A stretch of 64,000 nt of DNA from positions 1,178,001 through 1,242,000 of the forward strand of contig LSRY02000007.1 in assembly GCA_001643675.2 (NCBI GenBank), written 5' to 3'. This stretch comes from Monocercomonoides exilis PA203. Its lineage: Eukaryota; Protista; Preaxostyla. Below are positions 25,501 to 39,100 of the stretch, piece after piece; positions within the stretch are counted from its first letter, which is position 1; every line of letters begins with the position of its first letter. The notes under the pieces are model-generated. The model was given only the letters and a program-made list of their open reading frames with translations, made no database searches and was not told where the DNA came from. The position numbers and the translations under genes are program-made.

Positions 25501-27120
25501 GGAAGGACATCATTCAGAGAACACAGGCAAACATCAACACACTTTGCGATATTGGCACACAAAGACAGCTGCTGTCTATCATCAGCATCAATAGAAGATG
25601 CATCCGAGCACTTCAGAGCGGGTTCAAAGAGCAGTTTGAGTTGCTGTTTGCAGAATGCATTAAGATCTTTGTGGCATACAGCGATATGCTCATCTCAGCT
25701 ATCAATGCAGCTGGTGGAGAAGGGACACAGGGAGAGAAGGCTGTGGCAACACTGTCTGGGCAGCACATGAAACTTGTGCAGAAGGAGATTCTGATGCTGT
25801 TTTCTGATTACTTTGAGGAATGCACTGACCCTTCTGCTATTTCTTCGGAATATCTCCCTTCGATTATGCAGAACCTACTTCCGCAATACCCAAAATCACC
25901 AAAAGTTTCGAGAGATTCAGATATGTTATCGCTTTTTGCAACACTTTTCAAGAAGTTAAGAGTATGCTTTGAAAAAATTTGTTGTTTGAAAAATGAAATT
26001 TTTGCGTGATTTAATGACAATGGATAAAATCAATTTTTTTTTTTTTTTTTTTTTATTTATTTATTTATTCCATATTTATGAATATATTCATCATCTTTTT
26101 ATTATAATTATAATTATTTTTCTTTCTTTTCTTCAGACTCTGATGCTTGTGTCAGTTCCAACCATTCTATCTTCGCTGTTTGAGCCAACAATGAATATGA
26201 TCAAGAACAACTTTGAAGACTATCCCGATCATAGAATCGCATTCTACCAGTTTCTGCGGTCGATGAACACAGACTGCCCAGCCGCCTTTGGCACAATCAC
26301 CGACCAAACACAGATGGATGCGATAGTCGGGTGCATCCTTTGGGGTATCAGGCACGCTGAAAGAACTGTTGCAGAGTCTGCACTTCATCTGATGATCGAG
26401 TTTGTGAAGAACATGGCGTTGTCAACACCAATTCCAGTTACAGTTTCGCTTCCTGCCTCTGAAACTGATCTTTCGTCTTCATCTTCTTCAGCAGCAGGCA
26501 GCTCCACTTCATTGTCTGTGACAGCAACCACAACAACACACGTGCAGCTGTTCTATCTGCGCAACTACACACTCCTCTTCACCACGCTTATCGACATCCT
26601 CACAGACTCCTTCCACAAACAATGCTTCTCTCTGCAATGCCAGGCGCTGCTGCTTCTAGTGAAGCTCTTCAATTCTGGCCAAGTTCAGGTGCGTCTGTCT
26701 CTTTCACCAACAACATCTTCAACGCTTTCCGCGCTTGCGTCTTCTGCTAGCCAGGCATCGTCATTTGACCCTTCTTCGCTTTCACAGCTTCCCAACCAGC
26801 AGTTCATCTGCTCCATTCTTTTCTATTTCCTTTCATCACGTTTCCCTCAGCTCATCCCCGAACAGACGCACGCCTTTGTCTCTGGACTCTTCCGCCTTTC
26901 TGAAGATGTGGCTGGGTTTGAGCAGCACATGAGCGATTTCATTGTGTCGCTAAAGGAATACACAACAGCCGAAGGATGGCTGAAGGATGGAACAGATGTA
27001 CCTCTTTCAGATGCACCTCAACTTGATTCTGTGACTGACATATTGGTCCCAGGGCTGATTCCATCGGGTACGGCTAAGTTGGGAACGAGCATTATGGATA
27101 ATGATGAGGACGATACTTGA
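22534..27120 (+). CDS. XPO1: Exportin-1 / CRM1
   Basis: Exons about 22534-22626, 22753-23560, 23822-23940, 24091-24895, 25033-25961 and 26137-27120. Motifs: ILDFSQPFDV, LCENNLVLLRLLSEEIFDY, FLSWIPIGYIFET, EEFKICIDFW, RMARPEEV, QYPRFLRLHWRFLKTV, FEDYPDHRIAFY. Confidence 0.97.
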
Positions 27121-27830
27121 GAGATCTAGCAATTTAATGCTTTTTATTTCTGATGATTCTTGTTAGCCTTCTATTTTTATGTTGTATCCACTTCATAAAT
27201 AACACTTCTCAATTTTCACTTCATTTTGTGGTTAGAGGATAGTTTTTGCTCTGAAGTTGTTTCAATGGAGTATTATGATATATTTTAAACAAATATCAAC
27301 AATTTTTATTTATCTTTAAAAAAGAAATAATGAGATTTCAATTGGGACGAAATATTTTGCTTCATGAATTTTGTTCCATTCTACTCAAACAAATATTTTT
27401 CTGTATTTTTTTGACATGGGAATGAAAGACTTATAATGATAAGGTTGGAGAAAAAGTTTGGAATAAATCGTTGTTTCTTTCATAAATGCAAAAATCTTAT
27501 CCCATATCAAGTTTGAGAAGTATCCAAATTCATTTTTTTTCCCAAAACAATCAATAAAAAGTATGCCAACTATTGAATTCTTTTACAAAAAATAAGACTA
27601 GCGCTCTGAAAGCTAAAATAGTAGAATTTTCATTTTCTTAAAAATAAAAAATAAAATAAGCAAAAATAAAGCGTCTTCAACAAAAACCAAATAATTGGAA
27701 AAAAAAGGATTTATAGCAAAGTGCCAAACAAATAGCCAATATAAAACTCAAAATAAAGCTAAAGAAATTCTAGTAAATCGAAATAATTTCCCCTCAAAAT
27801 TTCTATGAGCATCAACCTCTCCTACGACCT

Positions 27831-30800
27831 TTAACTCAAAGATTGTCTAACTGCTTCCTTTAATTCCGCTGAATTTTCATCATCTTCTTCACCTTGCTCA
27901 TCTTCTTCACCATCATCATCTGAAACAGTAATTCGAATTGGTTGATCAGAATTAGAACCTCCTGTTTCATTTGATTTTTCTCTAACATCTTCCATTTTTC
28001 CATCCTTGTTCGAAGGTTGATTAAGCGGCTTTTTTTGCGTTTGAGATTCTTTTTTGTCTTTAACCTTTTCCTCAATTTCATAAAACAGGGGATGAGGAAC
28101 AGCATAAGAGCATACGCGCAGCTGTGCTTTGACATAATCCACAAATCGCATAAGCAAATATGGATCTACCAGCAATTGATTTCTTGCAAGTTCTTTCTTC
28201 TGCTCCAATCTTGATTCATCATTTTGTTCGCTTTTTCCCTTTCTGATATTTATTTCTTCATCCAATTTAAGCATTTCCTCAGCTATCGACATTATGAAAT
28301 CGTTTGCTATTGATGCATACATTGTTTCCATTGTAATTTCTTCAATTCTTGTCGAGTCGCATATCAAATGGATGAAAGTGTCGCGAAAAGAGCTTTCGTC
28401 CACTTTCATTTTATATGCGTCTTGGGTGATTCTGAACAGATGTAATTTTGGACCCTCTTCAATATCATTTCCTTCGAAATCATCAGGATTGTTTCTAACC
28501 TTCATCATCAGAGCAGACCTCAGCGAGGAAACAACAGTTGATAACGGAGAGAACGCAGGCAGTGTCAGCTTCACAACTCCACTGTTTTTCTTCTAAAAAA
28601 GGGAGATAATGAAAATATGAAATATTGTTCATAATCAAAAGCATAAAAAAAGACAAAGATACATTTGCAATAATTTTAAAAAGGAAAATAATGAAAGAAA
28701 TTTAAGAAAATGATAATCGCATAACTAAATTGTTGTTGACACAGTCTGCAGTCAGAGGGATCGAAAGCCACGTTTGTGCCAGGCAAAACAACGAAGTCGG
28801 GTTTGTGGTGATGGAATTTATATTTGGTGTGAACTGAACAACAACACCAACAAGTTCTCTGAGGAACGATGAAGACACAGAGGAAGGATACTGAGACAGG
28901 AGCGTCGTGCTTGTCTTTGAAAAGCGATCAACAATTGAAACCTCTCCCATTCCAAAGGAAAAGATGGGAATAACAAGAAACGAATCTGTTCCGTAGTTTT
29001 GTTTTATCAATTTGTCAATATCATTTGATGTATTGCTTTTGTTTCCACGAAGCAAATCCAATCCATTTGCACAGCTTTCATACAAAATTGATGCAAAGGG
29101 AGAAAGTGTAGTCTCATGTGGGAAAAGCGAAAAGAAACCAGAATAAAGCACTGTAGGCTGGTTTCTAAGCTGTCCTTTTCTTTCGCTGCCATAGTACACA
29201 ATTGGGATAATCTTTGGCTCCAGACTCAGCTGCTGAGTGATGAAACTATAAGGATATTCCAATGCTGAGGAGGAGGAGGAGGAAGAAGAAGAATGAGATC
29301 CCATCGATGATGTTTGTGATAATTGCGATGAAGAATTATCAACAGTAAATGCTTTTTCTGTTTCATTTTCTTCAGCTGAATCGTTTTCATCAACAAAATC
29401 AAAGAGAAATCCTTCATTTTCAGAAAAGTTGAAGAGCCAAAGTGGAATGTGGAACAAAATGTTTCCATTCACAAGCAATTCTTCTTTCATATCTTCAGCA
29501 TCCGGTTGATCAGAACAAAATGAGTCATCACTTTCATCAATCGAAGAATGAACCTCGTCTCTTTTTTCTTCTTTCTCTGTAACTTCATCAATCTGTTGCA
29601 TTTCGGCTGAAGAGCTTTCTAAAGAAGTTGATTGATTGTTTGACTGATTTAGAGAAGATTCTTGATTTCTGTTAGATTCGCTTTTATCACTTCCATCTTC
29701 CATTCCCTCTGCATTTTCCTTGTTTTGCTGGTTTTTCTTCCTCTCCTCCTCTTCCAAGCTTGCAGCAATTGCAGCAGCCATTATCGCATCATCATCATAT
29801 CCTCTAAACATATCTATTTCATCCATCATTTCCTTTCTCCTCCGTTCTCGTTCTTTCTCCTCTTCCAATTCAATAGCCCTCATTGCTCGCTTTATTTCTT
29901 CTTCCTCTCTTTTTTTGTCTTGCTTCAGTTTTTCTATCAAACTTTCATTCTGTCTAATCTTGTCCATCATTGAAGAAGTGATTGTTCTTGTTCCAAAGTA
30001 AACAGGAATTATTTCATCGTCTTCACTTTCACTTGATGCATCAAAAGATTTGTTTGAGTCATCATTGCCATCATCGTTATCATCGTTGTCATCGTCATCA
30101 GCGTCATTTCCATTTCTGTTTGCCCCAAGCAATTGGGCAGGCAAAAACGGATAAACCTGCTTAGCGTTTTCGTTTTTCACCATCTGAAGAGTAACATCCA
30201 ATTTAAAGCAATCTTCAAGATTTATATTCCCATCGTTTCTGCCTTTTTTTCTTCTTGTTTCGTTCATTCCAAAATGTTCTGAATTGGCTGATTGTTTCTT
30301 TTCTTTCTTCAAAAATGTATTAAAAATAGCGTTTTTCTCTTCAGCTAGCTTTGAAATTATCCATTTAATTTTTTCAACAAATTTTTTGTTATTGTTTTTG
30401 TTTATAAACTTCTTAATTTTGCCACTTCTTTCTTCATCATTGTCCTCTTCTTCACAATCGCATCCACTCGATAATTCTTCATCTTCTTTTTCTTCGCTTC
30501 CTTCTTCCTTTTTTCCTCTTTCTTTTTCTTCCCAATCCTCTTCCAATTTCTTCACTAATTCCACAAATCTCCTTTTTTCTTTCAAAAATTGTTTCACTTT
30601 CCCTTTCTGTATAAGCTTGTATAAATGGTATTTTGAATGTTTTTCACCAGATTGAAATTCAAATGCCCTGCAAAAGGAAGCAAGCGTCTGCGATGAAGAG
30701 ACATCAAATGAAGCAATGGTGCCTTTTGTGAAAGATGATGAAGAGCTACTATTTCTTGTGTTGTGTTGGCTATCTCCAGATGAAGTTGAAAGCAGAAGAG

Positions 30801-33800
30801 AATTATCAGATGGACCAATCTCAACAATATGGCAATGCTTTGAATGTGATAACAATTTGTGCATTTCATCAGATTCATTGGATTCACTGGATGAATGTGA
30901 TGAAGCAGATGCTGATAAAAGTAATTTTGTAATATTCAGACAATAAAAGGAATAAATAGCATGAACACAATAAAAATTATACATAAATAAATAAAAATAA
31001 AATATCATTCACACATTTTGAACTATTTTGAGCTTCATCGTCTTTTTTATCATTTTTCTTTGCAGAAGATGTATAAAAGTCAACAGAAGAGCCATATGGA
31101 TATGCATTTTGCAAGCTAAACCAGTCATTTGTGCTTATTTTTGATGACTTAAAAATAGACGATTTTGTGAAAGGGATCATTTTCACTTTATTCATCTGCA
31201 TTTTTCTTGTCAAATTTAGAATGTTTTCTGCTTCTGATTCAACTTCCATTTCGTTTCCTTTTTGCTCTCCAAATCTTTGCTGATATTTCTTTTTTATTTC
31301 TGTTTCTTTTAAATAATTCTTGTTTGAAGGATTTATGTCATAATCCATTTTGCCACTTGAACTAGCTGCATTGAAATTCTTTTTAATCCCCTTTTCAGAA
31401 GAATGCACTCCAACTTCCATTTCTCTTCCTCTCTCATTTTCTTCCTTCAAACCCATCTCATTCTCCATCTTCCTCTCTTCTTTTCCTTTCATCATCAGCA
31501 GGCTTTCCACTGCATCTTCTCTGAAATAGAAAAGCATCGAAGCACACGGCCCTTTCTTCGCAATCTGCTCTATTCCACTCAGCGCCCACCTCTCTTTCCT
31601 CTCTTCCTCACTCTCTCTGCTGAACGCCTTCTTCTTCCACTCCTTCACCTTCTCTCTGTGTTCTCTGCTCTTCTGAAACACATCCTTCATAAACTCTCCT
31701 GTCTCTACTGTTCTTATCAATATCAGATCTGCTTCTACATTGTTCTTTGCTGTTATGTTCAGCAGCTGCGGGCCAATAAATTTTGTTATATCTCTATTGT
31801 ATTCTTTAGCCTCTTTCGCTTTCTTCCTCTCTTTCTTGTTCATTGGCTCTTGTTCGCTTTCTTTCTCTTCTCCATTCTGGCTTTTCTTTTTGCTATTTCT
31901 TGGTCTTTGCTCTCTTTCTCTCTCTCCTTCACCTTCACCTTCACCTTCTTCTTCATCTTCTCCTCCTCCCTCGCCCTTGCCCTCTCCTTCTCTTTCTCCT
32001 TCTCCTTCTCCTTCTCCTTCTTTATCTTTATCATCATCTTCTTCTTCTTCATCTTTTCTTCCCTCTCTCTTCCTCTCTTTTCTCTCTTCTTCTTCCTCTT
32101 CCAAAAGCACATTTTGCAGCATTTTCAATCTCTTCTCCATCTCCTCATCCCTCTCTCCTTCTTCTTCTTCTTCCTCTTTCCTCTTCCCGCCCATTTTTCT
32201 CGACTCAAAACATATTTTGCTTATTTCCTGTTGAATAGCATTTCTTCTCTCTTCTGTTGGCGATGTGATATTTCCACCAAAACCTAATTCACACACATCA
32301 AACCAGTTGATTGGAATAATCTTCTCGTTGAACAATAAAACCCAATCAGACATTGAATATGGATCGAGATTGGGTGGAATATATGAAAAAGAGCTGGATT
32401 TGGATGTTGATGAAGAAAATGAAGAAGAAGAAGAAGAAGAGGAAGAGGAAGAGGAAGAGGAAGAGGAAGAGGAAGAGGAAGAGGAAGAGGAAGAAGAGGA
32501 AGAGGAAGAAGAGGAAGATGAAGAAGAGGAAGATGAAGAAGATGAAGAAGATGATTTTTGAAATGGAGAATTTGACATGTGTATGAGTGGAGAAGTGATT
32601 CCATCATCAACATTTTCTGGTGTGTTCTGATGGAAGTTCCGGATGATCATTGCACTGTTGCCTGAATCAACTGTGCCAAACATAATGCTAACACCAAAAA
32701 GATGGAAATAGGGCGAAGAAAAATTCGAGCAATATGAAGAAGAAGAGGATGAAGAGGAGGAGGAGAAAGAAGAGGAAGAGGAAGAAGAAGAAGAAGGAAC
32801 AGAAATGTTTTTAGGTTGTGTTGGAGTAACTGGATGGACAAATGAAGGTAAGAAAGAAGCAGAAGCAACAGCATCGTCAAATGTTGTTTTTGGTCTTGTT
32901 TTCAATGGAGTTGAAGATGATGAAGAAGAAGGAAAAGATGATGATGATGAGGGAGAAGAAGAGGAAGAGGAAGAAGAGGAAGATGGTGATTTCAAAAAAG
33001 AAGATGATGAGGAAGAAGAAGAAGTTGCATCGAACGTGATATTAGTGGGGATAATGCTCAGAGACAATGGAGAGCAAAGTGGCTGTGCAGAAATAGGATA
33101 AATTCTGTTGTTGTCGTCAAGCAAATCTGGGTGTGTGTGCATAATTTGCTGAGTGCGGTCAGCAAAAGAGAACAAGCGAACATAATCTTCATTCAGTGGG
33201 AGAGAGTTGATGTATTTGGTTTCTTCCTCTTCTCTTCTTTTCTCCATTTCTTTCAGTCTGGATTTTTCTTTTTCTTTCTCTTTCTCTTTCTCTTTCTCTT
33301 TCTCTTTCTCTTTCTCTTTCTCTTTCTCTTTCTCCTTCTCTTTCTTCTCATCTTCTTCTCTCTCCTGTATCCTTTGATGCAGCACATGCTCCTTTTCGCT
33401 CTCGCTTAAGGCAGCCAAATAAGGTGTGCAGTTCAGCAGGAACGGAAACACATAGAGAGAATTCTTCTTCACCACATCCATAACTACGTAGTCAAACTGA
33501 GATCTTTCGACATTCAGGCACAAAATGGGAGGAAGGGAAAGATACTTAGCACTCTGTTTATGTTTGTGGTTTAATTGGGCAATGATTGAGAAGATTGACA
33601 GGGATGAAAGCAAACATAGAAAAAGAAAAGAAAAGAAAAAAAAGAAAGAAAGATAATTGAAAATTTTTTCATAATTGAAAAATTAAAATTTGACAAAGTT
33701 ATTGAAAAGAAAATCAGTGATTCGCGAAAATTTCAACAAAAAATAAAATAAATTGATTTATGAACGGAATTAATAAGGAGAAAATGAGAAAAAAATTATA

Positions 33801-34893
33801 AGGCAAAGCCTATAAAGCAAACCCGCTTTGCTGTTTGTAATCCAAATACTGATCCAGTGTTATATTTATTGTCTTCTGAGAGCAGCTCTTCTGCAGTTTC
33901 CTCAGAAAATGACTCGTGAACCGAATGCGAATTATATAAAGGAAATCTGAAAAAGGAATATAGAAGAAAATACATTTTATTTTTGCAAGTTATTTTGCAA
34001 GCACAATTACGTAAACAAATTGCGAAAATAAATTATTCCCAATTTTTCTTTATAAAAAAATTTCTTGTTCACACTGGAGACTCATAAATGTGGAAACTCT
34101 TAAAGATGAAAAAGGCACGTCTGTGCATGCTATTTTATTAAGCAATGTTCCTTCAAACAAATTATTGAAGCAAAAACGTAAAGAAGATGACTGAAAAGTT
34201 CATTAGAAATTGAATAATATAAATATCATTTTTAAAAAAAAGTAAAAGTCTGATAAATTCAATAATTATAACCTTAACTGTATCACATAGCACGTTTATT
34301 ATTGTGGAAAATATATCGAATGCATCTTCCCTCAATGGCTCTCCATTTACTAAACAAAGCGAATTCTTAACATCTTTTGCTGAAACTCTTTTGTAAATAA
34401 AATCAAACATTCAAACAATTTCATTCCTCACGATAGCAAACATTTAAAAACAATAAACTGTCATACTCGTCTTTTTGATTCATCAAATCAAAAAACAATT
34501 GCTTTAATAAATGGATAAATTTTTTGGATTTTTCTGGTATCTTAGTCACCGATTCAATAGAAGTTGGAGATGAGGATATTTTTTTATGTTCTGAAAGTGG
34601 TATATGTAAGATGCACTAAATTTGATTATTTTTACAATATCTTTAAAAATTAATCAAAAAAGTTATATTCAACAAACCCATCTCAATAAAGGTACCTCGA
34701 ATAAAATTTGTAAAACAGAGTTCAACGAATTTGAAGAATTTTCCAATTTTATTCCCCTGAAAAGCCCGGAATAATTCTCTTTTAATGATTTCTTTTCTTT
34801 ATCATTCATTTTGTATTCATTCTATCAAAAAAAAATAATAATAATAATAAAGTTAAAAAACGTATTAAAAATGCACACCGAAAATCTATTCAT
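27831..34893 (-). CDS. USP7-like ubiquitin-specific protease homologue, predicted catalytically inactive, with long low-complexity insertions
   Basis: Cys-box-like GIKLENSSNSLNSVLQILF (about 34696-34756), LKQLFFDL, REDAFD, EDNKYNTGSVFGLQTAKR|SAKYLSLPPILCLNVERSQFD..KNSLYVFP, His-box-like YFHLFGVSIMFGTVDSGNSAM, and CASMLFYFRE. Start may be 34893 or 34809. Joining of the C-terminal exons (28702-30917, 27831-28593) is inferred. Confidence 0.8.
32421..32552. repeat. (GAA/GAG/GAT)n tract encoding poly-Ser in the USP gene
   Basis: Direct observation. A (TCTTTC)n tract encoding (KE)n also lies at about 33265-33340. Confidence 0.9.
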
Positions 34894-35108
34894 GGACTCT
34901 ATTTTTGCACAGTTTTAAGAAAAGACCCTTAAATTTATTTAATAAATTTTCAGCATAAGGATCACTTTTGAACAAATATTAAATTAATCTTTCACAATAT
35001 AAAAACGATTCATTTTGAAAATAGAGCATTGAAAACAATTCAATCAAAATGATCCACCTAACCATATTCAGTAAAGAAACTTGAACCATAATAATTAATC
35101 TAACCGTT
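34894..35108. promoter_or_regulatory. Probable bidirectional promoter between divergent genes
   Basis: About 215 bp of AT-rich sequence separates the head-to-head start codons. No specific motif identified. Confidence 0.3.
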
Positions 35109-35786
35109 ATGAGCACTCGTTTATCGCAAACTCAGGCTTCTAAAACCGCTCGATCAAGTGGAAAAGGATTTGGTTTGAAATATTTTGATTTTACTTTTTG
35201 TATATAAAAAGACTTTTCCAGGACCCCCAACAGCAACAGTTACAAAGCGTTCTTGCCATCTAACTCCTGAACTGACTATGTCAAAGGCTTTGAAATCTAC
35301 TACAGTTCACACTTCAATGCGAATTCCGAAATGGAAGGAAAAAGTTGAAGTAGGAACGACGTTTGATTTTCTGAATGTATTTTTATGAATATTAAATAAT
35401 AAATAATTTTTTATTTGTTTTTCAAGTGAATATCGCGCTAAATTTCAGGACACGGTACCTTACATGAAGGTTTATCTCATTCATTGATCTCCAATTCTTT
35501 CAATTTCGAATGTTAATTATTTAAGAGGCAATTCCAAGAAGCAAAATTGAGAGGAAGTAAAGGAGGAAAAATGGAACGCACGATGCCAACAAGAAGACAG
35601 CATGCTCCTGCACAAAAGGACGCTCCGCTTTATGAAATTAATCCTTTATTTGTATCAGATAAAACTCGTTTCCGGACAACTTATTCAACCTCTTACTTGA
35701 AATTACCAACAAATATTGTTGGGATGGAGAATCCCGAAATTTTAAAGGAAACAATAGGTTGGACTCATCATCAAGCACAAAAATAA
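35109..35786 (+). CDS. Small basic protein with SAXO/Mn-like motifs, probable flagellar microtubule inner protein
   Basis: Four exons (about 35109-35172, 35222-35360, 35427-35469, 35526-35786) splice in frame. The protein contains GTTEYRAKF and FRTTYSTSY. Confidence 0.6.
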
Positions 35787-36106
35787 AGTCACTTCTCTTT
35801 GATGGTAATTTTTTAATTTCATTCAGATATTTTCATCTCATGTGTTTTTTGTATTATTTTTCATTTAGTTTTCCAAAAAAAGTCATTAACACATCAACTT
35901 ATTTTTGGATAGGGGGGAAAAAAGCATTTAATATGATAAGAACTCATGAAAAATGATTTTTGATAATTGTATCAAATACAAACACGAAAAACTAACTATT
36001 GAAATGAAAGTGGTTATCAATACAGCCAAAACTATTCAAAGAATTTATAAAAACCCACAGCAAAAATTAATAAATATTAACAACAGTTTATTGATCGAGC
36101 ATGGAG

Positions 36107-39100
36107 CTAATCTCTGCCCCACACAATTATTGAGCCGTCCCTTGAAGCAGAAACAAGCTTGTTATCAACTAAAGCAAGAGAAGTAATGCAATCATTGTGG
36201 TTGGAGAAGTCATCTTCTTCTTCATCAAATGCAGGATTAAACGCAGAAGAATGTATCGATTGGCTTGAAGGGTCCATTTTTTGGAGAGACGGGTTCACTA
36301 ATAATGATATGTCGATTGAAAATTACGAATGAGTGAATGAAGCAATGATTACAATTTTTCAATTCATTTCACAAAATAATAAACGAGAAATATAAACAAT
36401 CTGAATAAAACAGACCTTCAGCAATGTGAGTGAATGGGGACTTTGATTCGTCTACCAGTATGCAATTGGGGACTCTGTGTGTGATACGAGTGCATGTGAA
36501 CTTCTTTCCTTCTCTGTCCCATGTCCAGTGGCTGTGAAGATAAATAGAAAAAAGAAAGAATAAGAATTATAATGAATGGAAAATATGAAGAAAAAAAATG
36601 AAGAAAATAAAATTGAAAATTGTTTCATCATCATTTGAATTTGTATGTTATCATCAATATCATCTATTTTTTTTTTATTTATAATTTCTTCTTTTTCATC
36701 TTTCCTTCATTCCTCATACCGTATCACTTTATCTGAGCCCGCAGTGATTAGCGCAGACTCGCCAAGAGGAGCAGCAAGTGCTCTGAAGGAAGGCTCAGGG
36801 AACGATTTCACAGGAGACAAAATTGAGTGGATGTCTGAAGAAGGAAGGGCAGGCGAGGCCGAGAGAAGATCAAGAGGAGAGAAGGGAATCTGCGAGGGAG
36901 AAGACGCACCTGATAAAGAAAGAAATAAATAAAATAAAATAAAATAAAATAAAATAAAATAAAATAGGATGATAATTGTTAGAAAAAATTAATTTTCACA
37001 AAAATTAACACACTTTTTTGAGCATATCCGTTTGCAGACAAAGAGCCTATCAAAGACAAAGAATTTGTTGGATTGAGGCAGATAGCACGAGAACATCCAG
37101 TTGCCACCCAAACCAACGGCGACACTTTATTCGGCACAGAAGAAGACGAAAGAAGAGAAGAGGAAGAGGAAGAGGAAGAGGCAGAAGAAGAGGAAGCACC
37201 AGGTGAAGCAGAGGAAGACAAAGCGCTGGACGTGAAGGAAGAGGAAAGAGAGAGGTTGTAAGTGAAAGGAGGAGCAGATGAATAGCACGAGGCAATAGAG
37301 GAAGAGGCATAAGAAGCAGTTATTCCGCTCTTTGGCAGTGTGGAAGAAAGAGAAGAAACACCAGAAGAAGCAGAAGAGGAAGAAGAGGAAGAAGATGATG
37401 ATGAATTCAAAGTAGCCAGGTCTGAGAGAGGGAACGAGTTATTAGACATGGTTGTGCAGATGTCGTGAATGATTGAGTGGGATGACGAAGTGGCAGTTGA
37501 AATAGGAAGAGCAAAGCGAAGGTCACAGAGAGTGACTGTGCCACAGCTGGTGCCGTAGGTGAGGAAGTATCCACAGGGAGAGGATGAAATGCAGGTGATG
37601 TGGCCAAATGACGGTGGGGTGCGATAGGCCCTGTGGAGAGGAGGAAGAAGAAGAAGAAAGAAGAGGAAGAATAAAAGAATATCATAAAAAAATTTTTTGA
37701 TAAAATGAATATTTCATGATGATTTTAGAGATTAGGGGGGGAAAATAAATATGTATTTATTTAAAAAAACAGTAATTTTCAAATAAAATGATATCTTTTA
37801 CAAACCAAACAGTCTCCCCTATCCTTGGGTCCATCACGTGGAATATTCCATTTGTGGAGGCATAAGCCAGAAGCGGTGACGAAAAAGAGAGGAAACCGTG
37901 TAATGCAGTCACGCCGTAGTGAATGAGGGGAGGAGGAGAGGAATAAGCAGAGTGAGAGGAGCGGAAGATGGAGGAGCGAGAACCCATCGAGTGGACAAGT
38001 GTTTTGTTCTGTTGGGTGGAATAAAGAGAGAAAAAAAAGATGAGAAATAGAAATGGAAATGGGGGAAAAGAGGTTGTTTATTTTCAGAAATAAATGAAGA
38101 GCGTAATAAGAAGTTTCAACAAATGAGAAACAATTGCATCGTATTGATATAAAACCCACAAAACATAAAATAAGAACATGTTTCAAAATGACATTTACGT
38201 TGCTAACATTAAAGAAAAAAGACCATCACAAATAGCATAACAGAATTTTCCTGTTAATCAAACCCTTTCAGAAACAAGTGCATCGTTGGCATTTCCTCCG
38301 ATGGAACAAGAAAGCACTTCGTGTGCAGCAGAGTAATCAACAAGAGACAGCACACCAGGCTTGTGCGATGATGTTGTGCTGATTGGAAAAGAAAATTGCA
38401 AATAAATAAAAAAAAGAGAGAAAGAAAAAGAGAATATGAGAAAGAAAGAAAGAGAGAGAGAGAGAGAAAGAAAGAAAGAAAGAAAGAAAGAAGTGCAAAA
38501 CAATATTCAATTGATATTTTTGAAAAATAAACTTGTATTCAGAAAGCAACACATTAAATGCAAACCAGCTTCCATATGCAAACAGCGAATCACAGCCAGG
38601 AATAAGCGAAGCCGAGTAAAATCTTCTGACTTCTTTCAAACTCTGTGCATCTGGCCCAAACAACGCAATTTTCCTCTTGTCAAGCAATTTTTCCTTCTCT
38701 CTCTCCTTCTCCATCTGTCTTCTTGCCCTCCTCTCTTTCTTTCTCCACTCACTTTCTTCTCTGTCGGCGTATTCTTCTGCCACTTTCCTTCCTTTTCTCT
38801 CTCCGCCTTCCTTTTCTGCCAAACGAATTGCTTCTTCCATCCCAAATCTCACATTTGACGAAAGCATCTTCCTTGTCCTTCTGTTTGTCTGAATCTCTTC
38901 GCTTATCTCTTCCATCCACTTCTTTTCTCTCTCCCTCTCCTCTCCTCTCTTCCTCTCTTCCTCTTCCTCCTCCTCCTCATCATCATAATCATCATTTTCA
39001 CAACCATTTCTATTCCCTTTTCCCACCCCACCTTTTCTGCCTCCTTTCATTCTGTACACAAACAGCGAATGAAGCTGGTTCTCTCCATCATTCAGCGACC

